Below are positions 10,186 to 17,577 of a stretch of 43,909 nt of DNA, one piece after another. Origin of the DNA: a virus (taxonomy: Duplodnaviria > Caudoviricetes). The notes below the pieces were generated by a model, which searched no databases, was not told where the DNA came from, and saw only the letters and a program-made list of their open reading frames with translations. The position numbers and the translations under genes are program-made. Each line of letters opens with the position of its first letter. Position 1 is the first letter of the stretch. The DNA lies in IMG/VR virus record IMGVR_UViG_3300037461_000364, positions 1 through 43,909 of that record. One strand, 5' to 3'.

Positions 10186-10422
10186 TCAGCACCTCACCAG
10201 ATAACGCCGCCGCGCAGCAGACAGCAAGCTGGCCCGCCGCGCCTCGAAAGCCAGCACGCGCCCCGGCGCCATCGCGTCGCGCACATGCTCCGGAACCAGC
10301 CGCCAGCGCCGTCCGGCCGCCTTGCGCGCCTCGCTCCACGCCAGCGCGCCAGACTCCTCCCAGGCGCCGCTTCTCCATGCGCCGTCCGCCCAGCTTCCTG
10401 TCTTCCACGCCAACAGGTTCAT
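10186..10422 (-). CDS. Hypothetical Trp-rich protein
   Basis: ATG at 10422 overlaps the upstream stop (ATGA); 78 aa with W-x4 repeats (AWKTGSWADGAWRSGAW). Confidence 0.55.
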   Translation of the reverse strand: MNLLAWKTGSWADGAWRSGAWEESGALAWSEARKAAGRRWRLVPEHVRDAMAPGRVLAFEARRASLLSAARRRYLVRC

Positions 10423-10922
10423 GCCGGCCCCCACTCGTTTCCTGGCACTCCGGCGCCGTCGACCGCAACAGCGTTGATCCGGCGAATGTCCGACCAGATC
10501 GGTGCCGCCTGCGCCGCGAGCAGGATGGCCGCCGCGATGTCGGAAGCACTCGGCCCCGTGCTGCCGCCGGTGGCGATGCCCTGTGCCTGTACCGGGACCG
10601 TGTAATTGACATTCACCTGATACGTTCCGAGCGTGGAGACGACAGGCACGCCGCCACCATCGACGAAGAGGTTGCCGGTGATGGTCAGGTTGTGGTTCGC
10701 CTCCATCGGCCGCACGCGCCACGAATTGAGCAGGAAGTAATACGGCGGAATCGACAGTCCGCTGCCAAGGTCGTCGCCTCCGGTCGCCGAGAATGCCGGC
10801 GGGTACTTGCTATTGTCAGACAGCAGCATCCAGTCGGCCCATGCGCGGAAGATGTCTTTCGCGGTGACAGAGGCACTATCGAGGATCAGCCGCCTGCTGG
10901 CGGCATCGACCGTGATAGTCAT
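10419..10922 (-). CDS. Virion structural protein (fibre module)
   Basis: 167 aa, translationally coupled to its neighbours; beta-rich composition. Confidence 0.7.
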   Translation of the reverse strand: MTITVDAASRRLILDSASVTAKDIFRAWADWMLLSDNSKYPPAFSATGGDDLGSGLSIPPYYFLLNSWRVRPMEANHNLTITGNLFVDGGGVPVVSTLGTYQVNVNYTVPVQAQGIATGGSTGPSASDIAAAILLAAQAAPIWSDIRRINAVAVDGAGVPGNEWGPA

Positions 10923-12274
10923 CAGGCATAGACCCGGTCAACCTCGGCAACCAACGAGAGCGCGATGGTCTTGCTGCGCGTCAGCGATCCGGTCGCAGCC
11001 ACGAACTTCCCATAGCCGGGGCGGATGCCGACCAACGTCACGGGTCTGTCAGTGCCGCCGGAAAACCCGCCCTGCGTATTGCCGTCGTAATCGTAATCAA
11101 AGGCGATCGAGGCCGCGCTGATCGTGCCCGTGATCGGGTCTCCACTGGCGTCGTTGACCGTGATCGCGCCGGATTCTCCGTAGTCGTTTCCGGCTCCGGG
11201 CGGGCTGGTGAAGAACAGCCGGTAGCTGGACCCCGCGCCGACCAGCGGGGCGTTGAAGCTGATCGTACCGGCGGCAGAGTAAGGGTTCGTCCGCTTGGTT
11301 CCGCCATCGTCGTAGAACTCGATTCGGTTGCTGTCGGCGGTCTGGATGTTGTCGATATAGACCGAATTCGCCGTCACCAGTGTATCGCCGACGAAGGTCA
11401 GCAGGTCGCTCTGAATCTTCCCGATCTTGCTGCCGGCATCGCCGCTGGCATTGATGTCTGTTCCCTGGCGCAGCAGGTACTGCACCTTGGTGTAAATCTG
11501 TTCGAGCGTGGCATTGTTGCCTTCGATGATGATCTTGAAATTGTAGTTGCTGCCGCCGATGCTGCGTGACTGGTTCGCCGTGTAGTAGCTGACGGTGATC
11601 CCGGAATACGGAGCGCCGGTCATCGCCCCGTCGGCGGCCTGAATCTTGAGGTCGTCCGAGTTGGCGATCAGAAAGTTCTGCTTGTTGGCGCCGGTCGCCG
11701 TCGCGCCGGTATCCGCCAGCACCGAAGATGCGTAGCGCTTGCCGTATTCGCGGCAGAACGCCTTGGCATAGGTGCGCTTGTCGAAATTGCCGTTGCTGGC
11801 GTCGCCATAGACCTTGATGCCGGCGTTGAACTGGTCCGAAAACGGGAAGTTTGTCGGGCTGTCCGTGCTGGCCAGATGATAGTACGGCTGCGCCCCGCTG
11901 TTGATCGTGCCCAGGCCGATGAAGCCGGCGAACTGCTGGGTGATTGAACTGGTGCCAGCGTATTCCGACCAGCCGCCGTCGCGCAGCATGTTGCGCGTGG
12001 TGTCGTCGTACCACGTCCAGGTACTGTAGGTACTGCCGTCGGTGCCGATCGAATACTGACCAGACAGCGCGTCGATGGCGTACATCGGGAACGGCGAGTC
12101 CTGATAGGTTGCCGTCGCCCACAGGTCGACCAGCTTGGAATAGACCGCCTGCAGCGTCACGCCATCCTTGGCCACCAGGTTTCCGGCTTCGACCAGGCGG
12201 ATTGTTCTGTTCGGCTCGTCGATAACGATCTCGGTCCCGACGTTGAGCGATGCTTTGCTGGTGATTTTTGCCAT
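10922..12274 (-). CDS. Virion structural protein (fibre module)
   Basis: 450 aa, G/S/T/N-rich; SD-like AGGAG upstream. Confidence 0.75.
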   Translation of the reverse strand: MAKITSKASLNVGTEIVIDEPNRTIRLVEAGNLVAKDGVTLQAVYSKLVDLWATATYQDSPFPMYAIDALSGQYSIGTDGSTYSTWTWYDDTTRNMLRDGGWSEYAGTSSITQQFAGFIGLGTINSGAQPYYHLASTDSPTNFPFSDQFNAGIKVYGDASNGNFDKRTYAKAFCREYGKRYASSVLADTGATATGANKQNFLIANSDDLKIQAADGAMTGAPYSGITVSYYTANQSRSIGGSNYNFKIIIEGNNATLEQIYTKVQYLLRQGTDINASGDAGSKIGKIQSDLLTFVGDTLVTANSVYIDNIQTADSNRIEFYDDGGTKRTNPYSAAGTISFNAPLVGAGSSYRLFFTSPPGAGNDYGESGAITVNDASGDPITGTISAASIAFDYDYDGNTQGGFSGGTDRPVTLVGIRPGYGKFVAATGSLTRSKTIALSLVAEVDRVYA

Positions 12275-12285
12275 GTGGAGGCTCC

Positions 12286-14940
12286 TTATGCGTAGTTGCG
12301 GTCGGGCGTCAGGCTGACCGGAATGCTGGAATCGGCGGCGCCGAGCGCCAGGCCGCGGATGTAGAACGGCACGTAGCCCGGCTTGATGAAGCCGACATCG
12401 ACGGTCGGCGTGCCGGAGTAGCCCCAGGCGTAGGAGGTGCTGCCGTGGGCATCGACTTGTTGCAGGATGGTCGAGGTGCCGGCAGTCAGGATCACGATGT
12501 CGCAGCCGGTAGGCAGGCCGGTGAAGGTGACGGTGGCGCCGGAAATGACGTTGACCATCGCGCCAGCCGTGCGGATGCTCGGCGTATCGCCGCCGCTGAT
12601 GTTGATATTGACGGTTCCGCTGGCGATATTGACGTAGATGGCCTCGTTGCCAGTGCTGCCGTCGCTGCCGGCGTAGCCGGTGAAGGTGTTGCCGACCAGC
12701 GCGATGTCTGCCGCCGTTCCGCCGACCTCGATGGCGTGGCCTGTGCCGCTGCTCGTAAACGCGCAGTTGGTGATGTCTTCCATCGCGCCGAGCGTGGCCG
12801 ACGTGACTTTCGTATCAGAGAGGTTGCAGCCATCCATCAGCGCGCCGTTCTGCGTGAAGGTCGGGCAGTTGATGAAGTTCATGCCATTGAACGAGGCGAC
12901 GCTCCGCAGCGTCACCGTGGCATTGACGACGGTCGTACCACTGAAGTCGTAGGTCGCGAGAGCGGAGGACGCCGCATCCACCTCGAAGCGGATCAGCGAC
13001 TCGGATGTGATCGTGCTATTCCGAATCTTGACCGAGTCGCCCGAGGACGCCTTGATGATGACACCGAGAATCCCCGTGTCGACGTGGATCATGCCCCCGT
13101 ACTTGGAGCCAGCGACCTTTACGAAGTCGAACGTGGCGAGGTTGCAATCGACGTTGCACGCTTTGCCGCCGCCGAACTGCACCGGGATGTAAAGCTGACC
13201 GGCGTTGTAGTACGGGAACAGCGTGCCGTTGATTGCCCGCTTGATGTCCGACCAGTTGGCGTTGTTGCCGCCCTGAATGATTGCCCGGTTGGCGAATGCC
13301 ATGTACGAGTGGTAGATGTTCGTCACTTCGTCGGCGTAGGAGCCTTGCGAGATGACCCACTTGCGGGTGTTGTTGAAGTCCGGTGCTATGCCGCTGACGC
13401 TGTGCGATGTGTCGGTGGATTGCGAGGGTTGAATGGCCCACGTCACGCGCTTGTCGCCCGCGCATTGCGGATAGGCGAAGCCGCCGACCACCCACGACTT
13501 GTAGTTGTTGGACGAGTCCAACAGCGGGAGCCGCACCCCGTAGCCAAGGTCTGCCGCCCCGGAATCGTAGTACTCGCGCGGCGAGGTGAATTGATACGTT
13601 CCGACAAGGTAGCGTTCAGCCACATTCAGGTCGAGTGTCGTGCCAAGGTCACGAATCGCGCCGGTATGGCAGCCGATGTAGGTATTCGCCGGGGAGACTG
13701 CGCTGGTGCTCCAAAAGGCATTGACCCCCGTATCAGCCACCGCGCCGTAGGCGTCATAGACCAGCCCGGCCTCTGCCACGCGAATGCGGCTCACGGTCGG
13801 GTTGGTGGTATAGACCGTCGTGATGCGCAGGCGAATCCAGTAGGCCGAAACCGAATTGACCGTGGTGGTCGCTTGGTTAGCCGGTGTGCGCCAGTTGATG
13901 ACTTGGTTATCACCGACAGTCGCCGTGAAATTGGTGGTGAGGTCGAGCTTCTTCGACACCGCTACCCAGGCACTACCGTTGTAATACTCGACGGCGAACA
14001 CGCCTGCCGCGCCGTTGGTGCAGCCGGCCCGATCCACGACCAGCGACGAGAACTGCGCCGCGTCGCCGATGTAGATGGCGTCATTGATCGCTTCGGTTGT
14101 CGGAAACGCTACGTCGGCATCGGTGTCGTTGGTCGCTGCCGTGGTCAGGTCAGTGAAAACACCACCATCATCCTGATACACATAGTCCGGGTCGCGCACA
14201 TCCCACCCGAGGAAGTTCGCCGTGGTGGTTTCGTTGGTGTAGGCCGCTGATCTCTCGCGATGGTAGCCGGTGTCGATCACGTCATGGATCGTCGCACCGG
14301 GGACAACAGGCACCCGGCCGCCCGTTGCGTTGCGGATAGCGAACTTGAGAAAGACGAGCGTGTTTGTCGTGGTCGTGCCGATGAAATCGATGCTGTCTGT
14401 CGCCCCATCTGTCGGCTCGACAGACCATCCGGAAAGGAAAGAAACCGTGCCGGCGTCCTGCGCGTCCTCGACGACGATGTTGCCGCCAGCGGGAACCGGA
14501 TTGACCGCGCCATCGACGCCGACCGCGATCAGGATCAGCGAGTTCGCGTAATTGACGTTGAGGCCGGTCATTGTGTAGGGCAGCGTGGCGTCGTTGTTGC
14601 TCCCAACGATGTCGATGCAGTCGGAATCAGCAGAGTCGTAGTAATAGTCGCGGATGATATAGACGCAGCCCGCCCACTCTTCACTCGCCCCGGTGAAGGT
14701 GCAGGGCGTGACCGGCAGCGCGGTGACGCGGTGGTAGGCGCAGGCCATGCGGATCGAGCCGGCGGTGATTTCTCCGCTCGCCGGGATTGTCCAGTTGGAC
14801 GTAATCGCCGTGCCGGTGTTGTCCCGAGAGCACATCGCCACCAGCAAGTCGCCCACCTGCACATCCCCCGGATTGGACATGAGGAAGGTGGTTGTGACCG
14901 CTGGCTCTTGCGACGAGGAAACGCCTGCGACATAGGCCAT
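12286..14940 (-). CDS. Large fibre / adhesin-like structural protein
   Basis: 884 aa, T/A/G/V-rich. N-terminal GDVQVGDLLVAM beta-sandwich-like start and beta-helix-like C-terminal part. Confidence 0.7.
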   Translation of the reverse strand: MAYVAGVSSSQEPAVTTTFLMSNPGDVQVGDLLVAMCSRDNTGTAITSNWTIPASGEITAGSIRMACAYHRVTALPVTPCTFTGASEEWAGCVYIIRDYYYDSADSDCIDIVGSNNDATLPYTMTGLNVNYANSLILIAVGVDGAVNPVPAGGNIVVEDAQDAGTVSFLSGWSVEPTDGATDSIDFIGTTTTNTLVFLKFAIRNATGGRVPVVPGATIHDVIDTGYHRERSAAYTNETTTANFLGWDVRDPDYVYQDDGGVFTDLTTAATNDTDADVAFPTTEAINDAIYIGDAAQFSSLVVDRAGCTNGAAGVFAVEYYNGSAWVAVSKKLDLTTNFTATVGDNQVINWRTPANQATTTVNSVSAYWIRLRITTVYTTNPTVSRIRVAEAGLVYDAYGAVADTGVNAFWSTSAVSPANTYIGCHTGAIRDLGTTLDLNVAERYLVGTYQFTSPREYYDSGAADLGYGVRLPLLDSSNNYKSWVVGGFAYPQCAGDKRVTWAIQPSQSTDTSHSVSGIAPDFNNTRKWVISQGSYADEVTNIYHSYMAFANRAIIQGGNNANWSDIKRAINGTLFPYYNAGQLYIPVQFGGGKACNVDCNLATFDFVKVAGSKYGGMIHVDTGILGVIIKASSGDSVKIRNSTITSESLIRFEVDAASSALATYDFSGTTVVNATVTLRSVASFNGMNFINCPTFTQNGALMDGCNLSDTKVTSATLGAMEDITNCAFTSSGTGHAIEVGGTAADIALVGNTFTGYAGSDGSTGNEAIYVNIASGTVNINISGGDTPSIRTAGAMVNVISGATVTFTGLPTGCDIVILTAGTSTILQQVDAHGSTSYAWGYSGTPTVDVGFIKPGYVPFYIRGLALGAADSSIPVSLTPDRNYA

Positions 14941-14977
14941 TATTCAGCCCCCGGAGCGGTGGAGAGGGTGTAGGCGG

Positions 14978-15166
14978 TCATTCAGTCCCTCGCCGCCGCC
15001 GCCGCACCACCTTCGGCGGCCCGTAGCATGCCGCCTCGACCCGCTCGACGATGAACCCGCCGACGATCCACAGCAGCAGGCACGCCACCACCCACCCCAG
15101 GCCCAGCAGCAGCACCCAGACGAAGCGGGTGATCGCCTCGGGGAAGAAAACGATGTCCGTGATCAT
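14978..15166 (-). CDS. Small membrane protein with Arg-rich C-terminus (lysis module)
   Basis: ATG at 15166 overlaps the upstream stop; 62 aa, one long hydrophobic stretch, ends KVVRRRRRGTE. Confidence 0.6.
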   Translation of the reverse strand: MITDIVFFPEAITRFVWVLLLGLGWVVACLLLWIVGGFIVERVEAACYGPPKVVRRRRRGTE

Positions 15167-15486
15167 TTCAGATGCTCCTTCGCCCACACCAGCACCCCGG
15201 CAACCGCAGCGATCGCCGCCGACACGCCCACCAGGATGCGCCCCATCAGCTTCGAGCCGCGCCACAGCGTCACCAGTTCCTTGATCGCCGGATTCATCTC
15301 CGCGTCGAGGGCGATGTGCTGCACCAGCATCTCGCGGATTTCGATCAGCATCTCGCGCGTCTCGCCGAGCATTTCCCGGTTCGCGTCCATGCGTCGGTGC
15401 ATGTGTGCCAGCGATTCGCCGTCTAGCGCCCGCTTGTGGGTGTAGTGCATCCCGCTGTCGTTATCGTCGTCGCCGAATTCCCGCAT
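15163..15486 (-). CDS. Holin/antiholin-like protein (coiled coil plus C-terminal TM helix)
   Basis: 107 aa with C-terminal TM ILVGVSAAIAAVAGVLVW; adjacent to the endolysin; GGAGG SD. Confidence 0.6.
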   Translation of the reverse strand: MREFGDDDNDSGMHYTHKRALDGESLAHMHRRMDANREMLGETREMLIEIREMLVQHIALDAEMNPAIKELVTLWRGSKLMGRILVGVSAAIAAVAGVLVWAKEHLK

Positions 15487-15522
15487 GATTCCCGCCAGTA
15501 TTGTTGTTCTTGCAATTCCCGA

Positions 15523-16686
15523 TCAGCGCCGGTCGACCAGCATGTCGGTCTTCTTCTGCGACCCAAAGCTCGTCCCCAGCCAGAACCCGGTCGCCCCGGC
15601 AACGATCAGCGACAACACCGAAGACACCACCATCGCCCGGATTTCGTCGCTCCATCCCCCCATGAACAGCACCGCGCCGACCACCAGGTACGCCAGCGGC
15701 AACAGCATCATCGTCACCAGCATCGCCGGCGACAACAGCGGCCGCTCGCGCGCCTCGACATCCGCCTGCCGGGCGCCGGCAATTCCGCCGCCGCCGGCCT
15801 CGCCGACCAGCGTGTACCATTTCTCCTCGACCGCTGCCGCGAAGTTGCGCGCCATCTGCTGATCTTCCTGGATGCGCATGACCGCGCCCTCGGTCGTCTC
15901 GGCGCCGGTCACGGTCCGCGCCAGCGCCGCCACCGTCTCGGCGGTCTTGGCGTTTTTCTCCGACTGCTCGCCGTTGCCGAAAATCCGGATCAGCGACGGG
16001 GCCGCCTGCATGAGCCACGGGAGCGCGGCCATAATGAACGGGGGCATGCTGAAAAATCCTTTCTTGGGTTCGGTCTTCTGCTCGCCGGCCGGCGCCGCAG
16101 CCGAAGCCGGCGCGCTTGCCTGAATGCGCGGCGGTAGTGGTGGAGTGTCAATCGGAGTGTCAACAGCAGGGGCCGGATGCGGCACTGCCGGCGCCGCAGC
16201 CGGCACCGCCTGCCCGCCCGTCAACGGCGCCGAAGACGATCCCGGCTGCTTCGCCAGAAACGCCAGGCATTTGCTCATCGAATGCGTCGGCTGGCCATAA
16301 GGCGAACCCGGCAGGCTGGCCCACTCGCGGTTGCACGCCGTAATCGCGTTCTCCCACTGCCCGACGATGACGAAATCCAGTGCCTTGCGCCGGTCGATCA
16401 GGAACAGCGCCGCCAGATCCTGCGAGCGTTCGCTGAAGTCTTCCAGGTGCAACGCCTTCGCGCACTCGTCCCAGGTCGTCGTCAGGAACTGGTAAGCACC
16501 CGCCGCCGAAGAAGTGATCGGCCGCCCGCCAAGCATCCGCGTCACCTTGTGCCGGGGATGGTCGGCCAGAGATTCGAACTGCTCGCCACCGAAAAGCGTG
16601 TGATACCCCGCGCCCTCCGTATGCCGCAGCAGCGCCAGAAACGCCTGCACGTTATGGTTTTCCAGCAGTGGCGAATAATTTCTCAT
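15523..16686 (-). CDS. Endolysin (lambda R / GH104 lytic transglycosylase) fused through a Pro/Ala linker to a holin-like membrane domain
   Basis: AFLALLRHTEG, SSAAGAYQFLTTTW, SQDLAA and EWASLPGSPYGQP are lambda-R-like. The C-terminus has two TM helices and ends GFWLGTSFGSQKK. Confidence 0.85.
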   Translation of the reverse strand: MRNYSPLLENHNVQAFLALLRHTEGAGYHTLFGGEQFESLADHPRHKVTRMLGGRPITSSAAGAYQFLTTTWDECAKALHLEDFSERSQDLAALFLIDRRKALDFVIVGQWENAITACNREWASLPGSPYGQPTHSMSKCLAFLAKQPGSSSAPLTGGQAVPAAAPAVPHPAPAVDTPIDTPPLPPRIQASAPASAAAPAGEQKTEPKKGFFSMPPFIMAALPWLMQAAPSLIRIFGNGEQSEKNAKTAETVAALARTVTGAETTEGAVMRIQEDQQMARNFAAAVEEKWYTLVGEAGGGGIAGARQADVEARERPLLSPAMLVTMMLLPLAYLVVGAVLFMGGWSDEIRAMVVSSVLSLIVAGATGFWLGTSFGSQKKTDMLVDRR

Positions 16687-16703
16687 AACGCTCCTTTCAC
16701 CCG

Positions 16704-16752
16704 ACTCTATCCGGCATCCCGATGCATTTCACGGGGCGAATCATCACGCCGC
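16704..16752 (-). promoter_or_regulatory. Putative late promoter of the lysis/fibre operon
   Basis: Minus strand reads GCGG-N12-CCCC-GTGAAAT-GC-N14-TAGAGT; spacing is identical to the other three copies. Confidence 0.6.
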
Positions 16753-16798
16753 GTTTGCCTGCCATATCCAGAATGGACGGCGGGATTGCCGTCCACTT

Positions 16799-17128
16799 CT
16801 AGTTAGAGCCATACTCGTATTCGGCCAGTTCGTCAGCCACGAATCGGTCGAATGCCTCGTCGGCACGATTCCTGAATCCTTCGCGCGCAAAGCTGATCTG
16901 TTCGTGCCACTCGGTCGGAACGACGCCGTTCTCCACCATCACCCGGTAGCGCCAGGCGTCTTTAAACACAGGGCCGTCCTCGATGGTGAGCAGCGTTGCC
17001 CGAATGCAATCGCGGGCATAAGTGCGCACGCACGCGCTGATGGTGTCGCGCTCGTCTTGCGTTTCCGCCCCGCACGCCTTGAACAAATACTCGGGCACGT
17101 CATCAACCACAATTCGTACTTCCAGCAT
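16799..17128 (-). CDS. Hypothetical protein in cassette 1 (inverted relative to attC)
   Basis: 109 aa with SD GGAGAG upstream. The stop TAG (16799-16801) lies just outside the cassette. Confidence 0.7.
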   Translation of the reverse strand: MLEVRIVVDDVPEYLFKACGAETQDERDTISACVRTYARDCIRATLLTIEDGPVFKDAWRYRVMVENGVVPTEWHEQISFAREGFRNRADEAFDRFVADELAEYEYGSN

Positions 17129-17206
17129 GTCTTGCTCTCCGTTTCAAGCGCCGGGCTCTAACCCGGCAGTCCAGCGGACGCCGTTTCGGCGCCGCTGACT
17201 TCTGCG
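16803..17206 (+). mobile_element. Integron gene cassette 1
   Basis: Begins G|TTAGAGCC (16802-16810). Its inverse core GGCTCTAAC (17154-17162) is the exact reverse complement, as expected for a cassette that can circularise. Confidence 0.85.
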
Positions 17207-17212
17207 TTAGAA
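17156..17212 (+). mobile_element. attC: attC site 1 (57 bp)
   Basis: CTCTAAC-CCGGC-AGT[C]CAGCGG[A]CGCCG-TTT-CGGCG-CCGCTG-ACT-TCTGC-GTTAGAA. It has R''/R' boxes, 5-nt spacers, L boxes, and two unpaired bases that are extrahelical G and T on the bottom strand. Confidence 0.9.
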
Positions 17213-17490
17213 GGCGTTGGTTGTGTCTCGTGGTCACAATCAATGCAGCGCAACAGCGTGCGCGGCCCTGGCCATCCGTACTGCTTCACCTCTTTGTAGC
17301 GGTGCGCTCCACCGTTCATGCAGTCGGCTTGCGCAGTATCGTAGTGAAACGAAATCGTCGTCGTGTAAGCAAAGGTCTTGTCGCACTTTATGCAAGTTTG
17401 CTGGTGCGTTTGTCCTTCTTCGTAGCCGTATCCGTCGTCGTGGTTTATCTCCACGTCAGCCCCACAGTAGGGGCATTCAGCATCTTCCAT
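17158..17490 (-). CDS. Cys-rich (zinc-ribbon-like) hypothetical protein in cassette 2 (inverted relative to attC)
   Basis: CPYC, CIKC and CIDC pairs; strong SD AAGGAG. The last 15 codons and the stop run through attC1. Confidence 0.8.
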   Translation of the reverse strand: MEDAECPYCGADVEINHDDGYGYEEGQTHQQTCIKCDKTFAYTTTISFHYDTAQADCMNGGAHRYKEVKQYGWPGPRTLLRCIDCDHETQPTPSNAEVSGAETASAGLPG

Positions 17491-17571
17491 TTTTCACTCC
17501 TTTTCCGTGTTGACCGTAGCCTTCTAACTGTGCTTTCAACCGGGACGGCTTCGCCGCCCGTTAAAGCGGCG
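17207..17571 (+). mobile_element. Integron gene cassette 2
   Basis: Begins G|TTAGAAGGC (17206-17215). Its inverse core GCCTTCTAAC (17519-17528) is the exact 10-bp reverse complement. Confidence 0.85.
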
Positions 17572-17577
17572 TCAACC
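17522..17577 (+). mobile_element. attC: attC site 2 (R' box degenerate, fused to the portal stop codon)
   Basis: TTCTAAC-TGTGC-TTT[C]AA[C]CGGG[A]CGGC-TTC-GCCG-CCCG-TT-AAA-GCGGC-G|TCAACC. Confidence 0.8.

Noticed and set aside
16904-17513. Plus-strand ORFs 16904..17161 and 17217..17513 as the true cassette genes
   Set aside because: The first does stop in the TAAC box, as canonical cassette genes do. However, both have non-ATG starts, no clear SD and shadow-like composition, whereas the minus ORFs have ATG, SD and (ORF2) CxxC motifs.
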